A stretch of DNA of 64,000 bases from assembly GCA_951406725.2 (NCBI GenBank), contig OX597816.1:60140001-60204000 (forward strand), in the 5' to 3' direction. This document shows, piece after piece, positions 12,490 through 24,433 of the stretch. The DNA is from Octopus vulgaris (Eukaryota). The translations under genes were made by a program, and so were the position numbers. How positions within the stretch are numbered: position 1 is the stretch's first letter; each line of letters begins with the position of its first letter. The notes beneath the pieces are model-generated. The model made no database searches, was not told the DNA's origin, and saw only the letters and a program-made list of their open reading frames with translations.

Positions 12490-13510
12490 GTTATAAGTAC
12501 CAGTGTTTAACTGATATTTAATTTAATTGTCCCCAAAAGAATGAAATGTAAAGATGACATCAGTGGAATTCAAACTCAGAACATGAAGAGGGACAAAAAG
12601 CTGCCAAGCATTTTGCCTGGCACAGTAACGATTCTGTCAGCTTGATGTGCTAATATTGACTTTAAAATTTGGCATAAGATCATCAATTTCAGGGAGGGGG
12701 TAAGTTAATTACATTGATTCAATGCCAACCTGGTATTTATTTTAATTGACCACAAAAGGATGAAAGCTAAAGATGGCCTTGGGAGAATTCTAAGTCAGAA
12801 CTTGAAAATGGACGAAAAGCTGCTAAGCGTTTTGCCTGACACAGTAACAATTCTGCCAGCTTACTGCGCTAATATTGGGTTCTGCCAGCTTACTGTGCTA
12901 ATATTAGGTTGGGGATAACCCTTTCATGTTTAAACTGGCTATATCCGGCCCAAATATTCTCCATATTCTATATTCAAACTGGCCATATCTAGCCTCTCAC
13001 ACCTACCCTACAATGTTATTTTAAAAATAAACAATCACATCGTTGAAACCTCAAAGCTAAGGGATAGCGCATGATTAATTCAAAACAATTTGAGTGAAAA
13101 TGCATTACATTTGATAGAGTATTCTGAACACTAAAGGTTTAAGTTGATTACATTGACCCCAGTGCTCAACTGGTACTTATTTTATTGACCCCAGAAAGAG
13201 ATGAAAAGGCAGAGTCATCTCAGATAGCATTTGAACTCAAATCACCAAGCATCATTTCCAGCACAGTAATGATTCTACCAGCTTGTTACCTTATCTTTCC
13301 TACTCTAGGCACAACGCCCGAAATTTTGGGGAGGGGGCCAGTTGATTAGAGCGACCCCACTACGCAACCGGTACTTAATTTATCGACCCCTAAAAGATGA
13401 AAGACTAAGTCGACCCCAGTGGAATTTGAACTCAGAACGTAAAGACAGACGAAATACTGTTAAGCATTTTGCCCAGCGTGTTAATGTTTCTGCCAGCTCG
13501 CTGCCTTAGC
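12490..13510 (-). mobile_element. Cluster of SINE B copies interrupted by a TTAA MITE
   Basis: About four AAAGGATGAAAG...GAATTTGAACTCAGAAC units. The youngest is at 13295-13507. Confidence 0.75.
12915..13142. mobile_element. TTAA-flanked MITE, family 2
   Basis: Termini (T/A)TAACCCTTT...AAAGGTTTAA. Homologues at 17267-17490, 25495-26120, 41695-41922 and 60360-61176. Confidence 0.7.
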
Positions 13511-13634
13511 TTGTTGCCTTATGCTACACTAATATTAAATGGCATAATTCCACCAAACCACATGTTACCCTTAAATTATGTAACCACAATAGTATGATAA
13601 AGCAAATAGCCACCTTCAAAGATTTCTGTATATC

Positions 13635-14010
13635 TTTTGTCTTTTAGTTGTTTCAGTCATTGGCCTGTGGTCATACTGGGGCACCACCTTGAAAGATTTT
13701 AGCTGAACAAATCAATTCCAGTACCTTTTTCATATTCTGTTGGTCTCTTTTACTGAACTGCTAAGTTACAGGGATGTAAACAAACAAATACTAATCGTCA
13801 AGTGGTGACTGGAGACAAACACAAAGATAACATACACATAGATACACACATATATACAGAAGGCTACCTTCAGTTTCTGTCCACCAAATCCACTCACCAG
13901 GCTTTATTTGGTTTGAGGCTATAGTATAAAAAAACACTTGTTGAAGATGCCATACAGTAAGACTGAACCTGGATCCATGTAACTGGGAAGTGGCCTTCAT
14001 AGCTTGCAAT
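13635..14010 (-). mobile_element. Diverged SINE A
   Basis: Recognisable tail (TGTTTCAGTCATT), middle section and head. Confidence 0.75.
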
Positions 14011-14330
14011 TATGTCTGCATCAATATAATTAACTATTACAAAACCAGAGAAAAAGAAAAACACACACATTGTCCATCTTAATTAAGAGGTAGAAGCTGG
14101 TGCAATAGGCAAAATTTCATCCACATTCAAATCTGAAGTTTCATTCTAAACTGATAAAACACACGTGCGTCTCCCCCCCCCCACACACACACACATGCTC
14201 ACACACACTCATAGCAAAATAAATTAAAAATCAATTTCTACTCTATATCAGGTTGTCAGTTTGCTATCGATCACTGAAAGCACAACCAGCTTCACCGCCA
14301 TGACCATCACCACCAAAAACCTCCATTTGA

Positions 14331-14718
14331 GCATACATATGTACATACATACAGACATATGTACGTATGTACGTACATACACATATGTATACATATATAT
14401 ACATATAAATATATATATATATACATATATATACATGCATACATATATATATATACATACATACATATATATATAGACATACATACATACATATATATAT
14501 ATATACACACACATACATATATATACACATACATACATATATATATACACACACACATACATATATATACACATACATACATACATATATATATACACAC
14601 ACATACATACATATATATATACACACACACATACATATATATATATACACACACACACACATATATATATACACACACACATACATATATATATACACAC
14701 ACACATACATATATATAT

Positions 14719-14770
<52 letters not shown>

Positions 14771-14823
14771 GCATACATATATATACACACACACTCATAC
14801 ATATAGATACACATACACATATA

Positions 14824-14861
<38 letters not shown>

Positions 14862-15483
14862 AAGGGTAAAGACCCCCTTCGGTCATGAGTGACCATGGGT
14901 TTGCACCTAGAGAGTTACCCTCTGAGGCACAAGTCTGGGCAAGGTTGTTTTTTTTTATGGAAGACCAGTAGTCGCCCATGCATACCGGCCTCCCCTCTCC
15001 ATGCCACTAGTGTTATCCAAGGGAAAGACAAAGGTCGATACAGCTTGGCACCTGTGACGTCGCAACTCATTTCTACAGCTGAGTGAACTGGAGCAACGTG
15101 AAAATAAAGTGTCTTGCTCAAGAACACAGCACGCAGCCCGGTCCGGGATTCGAGCTCACAACCTCACGATCGTAAGCTCGACGCTCTAACCACTGAGCCA
15201 TACATATATATATACATACACATATATATACACATATACATACATACATATATATATATATACATACATACATATATATATATATACACACATATACATA
15301 CATATATATATACACATATACATACATACATATATATATATACACATATACATACATACATATATATATATACACACACACATATATATACATACATATA
15401 TATATACACACACACACATATATATACATACATACATATATATATACACACACACACATATATATACATACATACATATATAT

Positions 15484-15528
<45 letters not shown>

Positions 15529-15798
15529 CACATATATACATATACATGCATACATATAAATACATATATATATATACATATACATGCATACATATAAATA
15601 AATACATATATATATACATATACATGCATACATATAAATAAATACATATATATATACATATACATGCATACATATAAATAAATACATATATATATACACG
15701 TATACATGCATACGTACATATATATATATATAATTAATTAATAAGGGTGAGAGAATTAGATACTAATTTAATAGTATACCTATTCAACACCATTTTTG

Positions 15799-15845
<47 letters not shown>
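14331..15845. repeat. Large (TA)/(CA)/(TACA) compound microsatellite field split by SINE C
   Basis: Seen directly. It includes higher-order units such as TATACATGCATACATATAAATAAATACATATA repeated about four times at 15540-15720. Confidence 0.95.
14861..15201 (-). mobile_element. SINE C inserted in the microsatellite
   Basis: Minus-strand ATGGCTCAGTGGTTAGAGCGTCGAGCTTACGATCG...TCGAATCCC. The 3' end GACCGAAGGGGGTCT is shared with 788-1086. Confidence 0.9.
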
Positions 15846-15847
<2 letters not shown>

Positions 15848-16381
15848 GACACAAAACTCTACTTGTGAAGATGTGTTGAGGCAAGTGAGGATCAGAATCG
15901 AAATCGATCAATGGAAATTGCGGATGTGTTACCAGTGCCGGTGGCATGTCGAAACTCTACTTGTGAAGACCCGTTGAGGCAAGTGAGGATCAGAATCGAA
16001 ATCGATCAATGGAAATTGCAGATGTGTTACCAGTGCCGGTGGCATGTACGAGAACTTTCCGTTTCGCGACCGTTGCCAGCACCGCCCCGTTTCGTGTCCG
16101 TTGCCAGCCTCGCCTGGCCCTCGTGCCGGTGGCACATAAAAAGCACCATCCGTTCGTGGCCGTTTGCCAGCTCTGTCTGGCACCAGTGCGGGTGGCACGT
16201 AAAAAGCACCCACTACACTCACGGAGTGGTTGGCGTTAGGAAGGGCATCCAGCCGTAGAAACACTGCCAGATTTGACTGGGCCTGATGAAGCCTTCTGGC
16301 TTCACAGACCCCAGTAGAACCGTCCAACCCATGCTAGCATGGAAAACGGACGCTAAACGATGATGATGATGATGATAATGA
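15846..16381 (+). mobile_element. RTE LINE 3' UTR stub with (ATG)n tail, inserted in (TA)n
   Basis: Matches the 3' UTR at 45530-46064 (AAAAAGCACCCACTACACTC...AGGAAGGGCATCCAGC...CCAACCCATGCTAGCATGGAAA...AAACGATGATGAT). Confidence 0.88.
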
Positions 16382-17522
16382 TATATATATATATATATCA
16401 TATCACAACAAGCTGAATGTCAAACAGGATTTAACTTTCTGAAACTGCTATTGTGAAGAATTATAGTTTGATGAAAACAATCTCAGTGTAAAGGTGACAC
16501 TGAGATATTAAGGTTGACTGTTTGGACACTTACATCATCGACCAAGTTGCTCTCAAGTGAATAGGGAGTATGGTGCTTTTGAAAATACAGAAAATCAGGA
16601 GGTCATTCCTCGATACAATGCTACAAAATATCTTTGGCCTTTATTCTCTGTATCCTTCTTCTTCTTCTTATCCTCATCTCACCCACATCTTTCCCACTCA
16701 TTCTTTAATATTTTTTTTTTAAAATTTAATTTTAATCAATGTGAAAGACAAATCAATAACAACATAGTAGTGTTGGGGATTAGATGCTGTCATGACAACA
16801 GATGCTTCTCACTATCTTACATTCAGACTTGCTGTGGCTTGCTTTATAAACGATTGTGTATGTATATGTTATATAATATAAATTGGTGTGTCTGTATATT
16901 TAATATAAGTACTTGTGTATCTATGTCTTTTATAAATAGTTTTGTATAATATAAATCGTTGTGTATGTGTATTTTCTAAAAATGATAGAGTATACATATT
17001 TTCTAAAAATGGCTATGTGTGTCTTCTATAAATAGTTGTGTGTGTCTATCTCATATTAATGGTTGTGAATGTATGCATTAGAAAAATGATTGCATGTGTA
17101 AAGGTATCTCTGTTGGATTCAACAATGAGTATTCACTTGTGCAATCAACTGAATTGCCAGTACACTGAATTAGCATCTAAGTGGTTGAACATTCCACAGA
17201 CACATGTATTCTTACAGTAATTCTTAAGGTGGAATCAGTATGACACAGTGTGATAAGACTAGATGTTTAACTATTTAGAGCTAAATTCTGCCATATACTG
17301 CCCAAATAGTCAATCTGGTTTATGTTCAAACTGGTCACATCCATTCTCTCACACCTAATCTGCAATATCATTCTAAAAATAATCAATGCATCAGGTTAAT
17401 TTCAAAGGTATGAGATAATGCAAAAAATTCCAAACAGTGTGAATAAATAAACATTGCATTTGACTGAAAAATTTGAACACTGAAAGTTTGAATTATAAAT
17501 GCAAACCATCCACACAGCTTTT

Positions 17523-18132
17523 TTATTTCTTATTTCTTTACTGCCCACAAGGGGCTACATACAGAGGGGACAAACAAGGACAGACAAACAGATTGAGTCG
17601 ATTATATTGACCCCAGTGTGTAACTGGTACTTATTTATTTGACCCCGAAAGGATGAAAGGCAAAGTCGACCTCAGCGGAATTTGAACTCTGAACGTAGCG
17701 GCAGATGAAATACCTAATTCTTTACTACCCACAAGGGGCTAAACACAGAGGGGACGAACAAGGACAGACAAACGGAATGAGTCGATTATATCGACCCCAG
17801 TGCGTAACTGGTACTTATTTGATTGACCCCGAAAGGATGTAAGGCAAAGTTGACCTCGGCGGAATTTGAACTCTGAACGTAGTGGCAGACGAAATACCTA
17901 TTTCTATTTCTTTACTACCTACAAGGGGCTAAACACAGAGGGGACGAACAAGGACAGACAAACAGATTGAGTCGATTATATCAACCCCAGTGCATAACTG
18001 GTACTTATTTAATCGACCCCGAAATGATGGAAAGCAAAGTTGACCTCGGTGGAATTTGAACTCAGAACAAAGTGGCAGACGAAATACTGCTAAGCATTTT
18101 GTCTGGCGTGCTAACGTTCCTGCCAGCTTGCC
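17523..18132 (-). mobile_element. SINE B1 head-to-tail trimer
   Basis: Three ~185-bp units. Only the unit at about 17905-18132 carries the 5' head. Confidence 0.9.
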
Positions 18133-18854
18133 ATCCATACAGTTTCTGTCTACCCAGTTTCACTTCCAAAGCCTGAGTGAGCTCCTTCACAAGGCCATAG
18201 TAAAATACTCATGTCCAGGATGCCAAACTGAACTTGAGATCTCAAGATTGTAAAGTAAACTTCTTTAACCATTAAACTATGATGCATCCATTTATGTATG
18301 TTCTCTTCTGTTTTTAATTATTTAAATTCTTCCTAGCATGGAAAGCGGACGTTAAACGAACGATGATTCCTCTGTGGAAGGAGCTGGTTCCTAACAAAAA
18401 TACAAAGCTCCATCGTTGAAATGTAGATAACAAAAGCAATGTCACATTTTAAACTTGAGAAAAATTTTGCGAATTTTCCTGTTCCACTTTCAGATTGCAT
18501 TTGCAATGTGTGAGTTAGTTTGTTGTTTTCTTTTTCTGAAAAAAAAAAACTTGCTTATCCAGATTATCACCAAGTGTACCAATTATTATTGGTATAAATA
18601 TGAATTTAAAACCTGGATAGGGACACTGGAAGTTTCAGAGCAGTTATCTATAGTTAAGTTCTTTCTCTTTGATTTTCAAAAAGATATTCACATCAGCAGA
18701 ATAGCTGATCTGTATGGCTATCTCCCTTCTTGTTCATGTCTGTCTGTCTTTATGTATGTATGTATGTATGTATGTATGTATGCATGCATGCATGCATGAA
18801 CGGTTGTGTATGTATGTCTTTTATGAATGGATGTGTGTATATGTCTAATATTTA

Positions 18855-19255
18855 ACATTTAATCTTCATGCTTGGATAGTCAGATAGAATTTATTGAAGC
18901 AGATTTTCAGCAGCTAGATGCCCTTGCTGTTGCCAACCTTTGCCTGTTCCTAAGCAAAGTAATATTTCCCCATGGCCAAATATGTTTTCATGGAAGACTG
19001 GAAATGAACAACACTGCTTGTATGACAGTGAAGCTCATTTACAACGATCACATGATATCAAGACAAGGATACACACAAATACACACTCATACACACATCC
19101 ATATTTATGTGTACATAACCAGGTTTTTTCAGTTCCTGTCTACCAAATTCATTCACAAAGCTTTGGTTGGCCCAGAGCTATAGCAGAAGACATTTGCCCA
19201 AGATATCAAGCTGTGAAACTGAACTTATGCTCCTTAACCACATAGCCATACCAGC
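18855..19255 (-). mobile_element. SINE A variant: A head plus an alternative 3' half ending in an RTE-like tail
   Basis: The A head (19120-19255) is followed by a GT run and then the body CCTTGTCTTGA...GGGGAAATATTAC...AAGGGCATCTAGC. The same body occurs at 34170-34420 and 36310-36530. Confidence 0.65.
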
Positions 19256-19333
19256 ATCTCATGTACTATAATGGCTATTCATGTTCTATGTACTATAAAT
19301 GCTTATGTAATTATATCCAATGTACCATAAATA

Positions 19334-19889
19334 TTGGGTTGTCCGGAAAGTTTGTGCCAATTTATAGTAGCTTACATTTCGACTTATTTCAGAACATGGT
19401 TGAGTCCATGAAATAGGATTTGACTACATCTCCATTTAGAGCACAGTTTAAGCTATCTTTTCATGGAAGAAGGTTTATATTTCTATAACCTGTGTTAATT
19501 CTGTAACCCTTTAAAATGGAAGATAAGAAAGTTCCTTTTCAGCACTTGATGCTTTGGGAACCAGACAAAAATTGCTGCAGCTTGGCTGGGATGTGTTACC
19601 CCACCCTCCAGATATTGCTCCTTCGGATTTCCACTTATTCAATCTATGCAGAATAGTCTTAATGGTAAAAATTTCAATTCCTTGGATGACGTAAAAAGAT
19701 AACTTGATGAATTCTTTGCCATGAAACCACCTCAATTCTGGGAAGAGGGTATTTTCAAGTTAAAGGAAAGATGGAGATGCATTGTGCAACAAAATTGTTC
19801 ATATTTGGTTGATTAAAAATGTAATGGCAAGTATTTATTGACCTTTTTCTTTCATTTAAAAATCGGCATGAACTTTCCGGACAACCCAA
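19334..19889 (+). mobile_element. mariner non-autonomous deletion derivative (C-terminal remnant)
   Basis: ~30-bp TIRs TTGGGTTGTCCGGAAAGTT..., with TA on both sides. The internal sequence MEDKKV... is fused to TRQKLLQLGWDVLPHPPDIAPSDFHLF (HPPYSPDLAPSD motif with a deletion). Confidence 0.92.
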
Positions 19890-20389
19890 TAGTTATTTAT
19901 GAATGTCCTATGTAGAATAAGCAGTTGGGTGTGTATGTCTTATGTACTCTAAATGTTTGTGTATGCATCTGAGTGTTGATTGTGTATGTGCCTTGGAGTG
20001 TAGTGGTCTTTGAATAGAGGTAGTACTTTTGGCAGCTGTACATGGCAGAGATGGTCAGGTGGAAAGGCATCACTGGTCTTCATTCAACTCCTAGTCCCTT
20101 ACTTGATAGCTCCCAGCACCACACCCCATTTCCCCACTTCAGCTGGTGAGCTAGACTGAGTGAATGATGTTAACACCTGCACCAGTAGCTGAAAAACTCT
20201 GGGCAAAGCTTCTCAAAGAGTCACTAGCCAGGGTGGAGGAATGTGCCCAGGTCAATGGTTTAGTGTTCAGGACTAAGATACGTCTCAGGTAAAGGCATAT
20301 GGTTGTGGCTAAGAGCCTGAAGTGGAATGGGTGTTACTAAGTTAACTTGCCCATGATATATTCATGATGATGACAACCAGACCAGAACC

Positions 20390-20550
20390 CATACCAAATT
20401 GGTCATTGCCTGGGTTAGCATCAAAGATTGGATAGGCCTCAATTTTGATGACTCATAGAGGAAGCAGGAGACTGAGAGAAGAGGCAAAATCTGGTTGTGA
20501 TGTCATCTATTGATGTCCCAGTGACCACATGGTCAAGGAATAGGACGGAA
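20390..20550 (+). mobile_element. Old RTE-like 3' terminus
   Basis: Translates to WVSIKDWIGLNF...VVMSSIDVPVTTWSRNR, similar to the W.DNIKEWTG-type RTE C-terminus. Confidence 0.4.
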
Positions 20551-21633
20551 TGTATGTCTTATGTACTACAAATGCTTATGTATAAATGTATTGTAAAAGT
20601 AGTTGTAAATATACAAATGGATTTCTGTAAGTTATGACAATGAATATTCATTTGTTTAACATGCTGAACGATCTGCTCATTGAATTAGCATGCAAGAGGT
20701 TAAGTATTTCACAATTAAATGTCGTTTCTTGGGCAAACCAGTGTGAGAAAGCTGGATTTTTAAACTACAGGTACAATTCATCTACTGAGATTTCACACAG
20801 TTTCTGTCTACACGAATTCACTCACATGGTTCAGCTCAACTCAAGGATATGCTAAATAGCACTCACCCATAGTAAGATCGAACCTGAAACCTTGTGATTG
20901 CAAAACAAACTTCTTAACCATTTAGCTATGATGCATACATTTGCGTAAGTCTTGCACAAATATTGGATATGCTTATCTTGAATATTGGTGTATATATATG
21001 CCTTCAACAAATGGCTGTATCTGTATGTCTTCAAAAAATTACTATAATGTATGTCTTGAAAAAATGGATGTGTGTATCTGTATGCCTTCAGCAATTTCTC
21101 TCTTCTAGTCTTAGTTTTTACAACATTCTTTTCCTACCACAACAGCTTCATTTTATTTTCATTAGCATATATCGTGTGGTTTTTCACCATTACACAAATA
21201 GAAATATGGAACACATATGTTCACACAAACAAATGCCACATGTATGCACATACATGTACAAATGCCACACACATGTTTATCACACACATACAGAAAGGCA
21301 CAGATGCCAAAAAACATACACACAGTCAAACATGTACACACGTACATATTTAAATGAATTTAAAATTTTGATGGTGGTGGTGGGGGGAAATTGAAGACTC
21401 AAATTCTGTTACAAAGGATAATGATTACCATGAAAAAAGAAAGGGGAAAAAAAAAGAAAACGGAAAAAAAATCAGCCAGGGAATCCAATATCAGTCTTCC
21501 AAGAAATCTTGCAGCCATCAATGATTCCACGAGTCAATTTAGAATTATATATACTTATGTCATTTGATTAATATTGCCATTATCAATTATTGAAAGATGA
21601 GGACCATTGTCATCAGAGAGGGGGGGAGGGGGT

Positions 21634-21681
<48 letters not shown>

Positions 21682-21709
21682 AGAAGAAGAAGAAGAAGAA
21701 GAAGAAGAA
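21634..21709. repeat. (AAAG)n(AAG)n microsatellite
   Basis: Seen directly. Confidence 0.95.
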
Positions 21710-22138
21710 TTGCAAATGCAGTAAACTTCATTTAATAGAATTTTGATCACAGAAAATGGAAAGTTTATATAACATTAATGCTTGCTTTGTGTAAAATAAT
21801 AGTACTAAAAAACAAACAAAAGCATATAATGATTTCTTATATTGGTACAAAACCAGACATTTTTTTTTTTGTAAGAAGAGGAATGGTCAAATTTTATTAA
21901 GTCCAGTAAATGACTGGTATTTTTTAACCTCTTCTAAAAAAAAATGAAAGCAAAGGTTGAGCTTGGCAGGATTTGAACACAGAACATAAAATGTCAGAAG
22001 AAATAATCCAATGATTCCACCAATCTTGCACTATCTTACCCCTTTTGATACCAACCAGGCAGAAACCGCCTTGGCTCTATAGTACAAATGTCTTGTTTTC
22101 AAAAGTTCTGAACTAAAATCTTCCACCAAACCTTAGTT

Positions 22139-22451
22139 TGGTGGCACGTAAAATGGCACCATTTGAGCGTGATCGTTGCCAACATCGCCTTACTAGCACC
22201 TGTACTGGTGGCATGTGTAAGAAGATTCGAACGAGGTCATTGCTAGTACTGCCTGACTGGCCCCCATGCTGGTGGCTCATAAAAAGTATCCACTACACTC
22301 TCGGAGTGGTTGGCATTAGGAAGGGCATCCAGCTGTAGAAACTCTGCCAGCTCAAGATTGGGGCCTGGTGCAGCCATCTGGTTCGCCAGCCCTCAGCCAA
22401 AATCGTCCAACCCATGCTAGCATGGAAAGCGGACGTTAAACAATGATGATG
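22139..22451 (+). mobile_element. RTE LINE 3' UTR stub
   Basis: High similarity to 45765-46064, ending in (ATG)n. Further stubs at about 27530-27812, 30165-30522, 61690-61805 and 62915-63112. Confidence 0.85.
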
Positions 22452-23496
22452 TTTATCCACTACCCTAACAATTGTTTTTTAATTTAGACACAAGGGAGGT
22501 AGTTTTGAGGAGAGGGAGTTAGTCAAAGCTATCAGTCACTGTATTTAATTGTTTTTTTTACATTCAGAGGGGTGAAAAGCAAAGTCGAGCTCATCAGGAT
22601 TTTGAACTTGAAACATACAGAACCAGAAGAATTCCGCAAAGCACAAATCCTTATTTTTTATTTTTCCAATGCTCTCTTGGTTCTGCCAATCCACCACATT
22701 TCTCCATATAATAATAATTATATACGAAAAAAAGAAAAATAGAAAAAGAATACAGATAATAGAAAAAAAATACAGATAATATAAATATAGAGATAATAAC
22801 AATTGCAACAATGATTAGAATGCTGCTGCTCCTGTTGATGATGATGATGGTGATGATGGTAGTGGTGGTGGTGATGATGATGATGATGCCGATGATAAAA
22901 TAACGTTGATAATTTTCATTTATTTATTTTTTTCTCTTTGGTCTTATTGCTTCTTCCTGTATACAGTAATTATTTTATGAATATCTCTGGTAAATGTGGT
23001 GGTAGCAATGGTGAGTGTTTGTACAGTTGTGTGGCTGTGTGTGAGTGTGCAAGTGAAAGAGGAATCTGAGAAGAAGAGGATGGAACTATGGCGAATGAAG
23101 CAAAGTAGAATAGGATTACATACCATATTAACAATGTCACATTTTTTTTTCCTTTTTTATAATTTTTTTATTTTTATTTTTATATTTTTTCTGCTACATT
23201 ATCATTCATCTAACCACCCAACCCATAACCATCTTCTGTCCACCGCTACCACCTTCTTCTGCATACCATTTCTATAAAGTACAAAATGTATTTAATTATT
23301 GGCTTAACCCCATCATCCATGCCAGAATCTAATTGTTCAACCTGATAACTTTCATTTTTAATTTCCTGCTAGAAATGCTTCTCTACAATGTTCCGGAAAA
23401 GATACCTGCATTTTTCTGTGGGATAGTTTAGCATAAACAATGGGTACCATGTAAATTGTATGGTCTCCTAGTTAAGACAATGTATTTGTATGAGAA

Positions 23497-23708
23497 AGGT
23501 GATGAGCTGGCAGAAACGTTAGCACATGGGGCAAAATGCTTAGTGGTATTTCGTCTGTCTTTATGTTCTGAGTTCAAATTCCTCTGAGGTCGACTTTGCC
23601 TTTCATTCTTTTTGGGTTGATAAATTAAGTACCAGCTGCGTACTGGGGTCGATCTAATCGACTGCCCCCTCCCCCAAAATTTCAGGCCTTGTGCATAGAG
23701 TAGAAAAA
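23497..23708 (+). mobile_element. SINE B, B2 tail
   Basis: B head and core followed by CCCCCTCCCCCAAAATTTCAGGCCTTGTGCATAGAGTAGAAAA. Confidence 0.85.
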
Positions 23709-23932
23709 AATATATTTGTATGAGAAATTGATAATGGAGTCCTCGGGTGGATGTTCAATCTGCTAGAAATAATAGCTGATGAATCCCTAGAAATAGTAGC
23801 TGAAGAATATTGAATAATGTGAGTTTTAGATACTAACTGGTAATCTGTTGGTTATGATGGCAAATGTTCCAGCTGATCCAACTGATAGAACAACATACTC
23901 ATGAAACTGTCTTGCAAGTGGCTTATCCTTAA

Positions 23933-24433
23933 CCCCTTACCTGGCAAAGACGAGTTAATTCGTCTTCACCCAATTTGTCTTTTTCACAGTGCAATGAATA
24001 AACTCATCCAAAAACGTCCACAGACAAGTTTATATGTCAATTTTTGCCATTTCTTGGTATTTTCTGTTTTGTATTTTTTTTTACAAATTATGCCCAGATG
24101 TTGCACTCAGAAAAATAAATATATAAAAAAAAAGATTTTTGAGAAGACATGCTTAAAAAAAAAGAGTAAAATAAATGTGGAATTCCCCTTTAGTTTTTTG
24201 ATGATAAAGTTGTAAAAAAAAAGCAATAAATAAAAAAAATATAAAATAATATGGGAAGACGAGTTGTCTTGTTTTTGCTGAAAATGGTATCTTCAAAATA
24301 ATTTTCAAGCAAAATATTGGAAATAGATAAAAACAAAAGTTATTTCCATAATCAGAATTAAAAATTCTATAAAAAAAGCAATAAAGAATGTCTGAAATGT
24401 TTTCTCAAAAAAAAAAAGTCACTGGGGAAGGGA
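23933..24433. mobile_element. piggyBac-like MITE inserted into a SINE at a TTAA site
   Basis: TTAA at 23929-23932 and at 24434-24437, with CCCCTTACC...GGGGAAGGGA termini. The flanks join into a repeat that is uninterrupted at about 17140-17260 and continues to a family C-like head at 24520-24645 (minus strand). Confidence 0.7.

Noticed and set aside
15128-15201. tRNA-like sequence on the minus strand (also 791-865, 11585-11657 and 39666-39740)
   Set aside because: A and B boxes are present but the acceptor stem does not close, and each continues into a repeated SINE body. These are SINE heads, not tRNA genes.
14248-15719. Long ORFs of 167-243 aa rich in Y/I/C/V/M/H/T
   Set aside because: These are translations of (TA)/(CA) microsatellites, which lack stop codons in several frames. 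The same applies to ORFs at 5.1-5.6, 8.7-9.0, 34.7-36.3 and 49.1 kb.
15934-16210. Palindromic repeats with variable spacers resembling a CRISPR array
   Set aside because: The units are degenerate and irregularly spaced, belong to the RTE 3' UTR, and sit in eukaryotic sequence with no cas genes.
16283-16305. CTGATGA followed by a hairpin, suggesting a hammerhead ribozyme
   Set aside because: No GAAA follows the stem, and CTGATGA is not conserved in the other 3' UTR copies.
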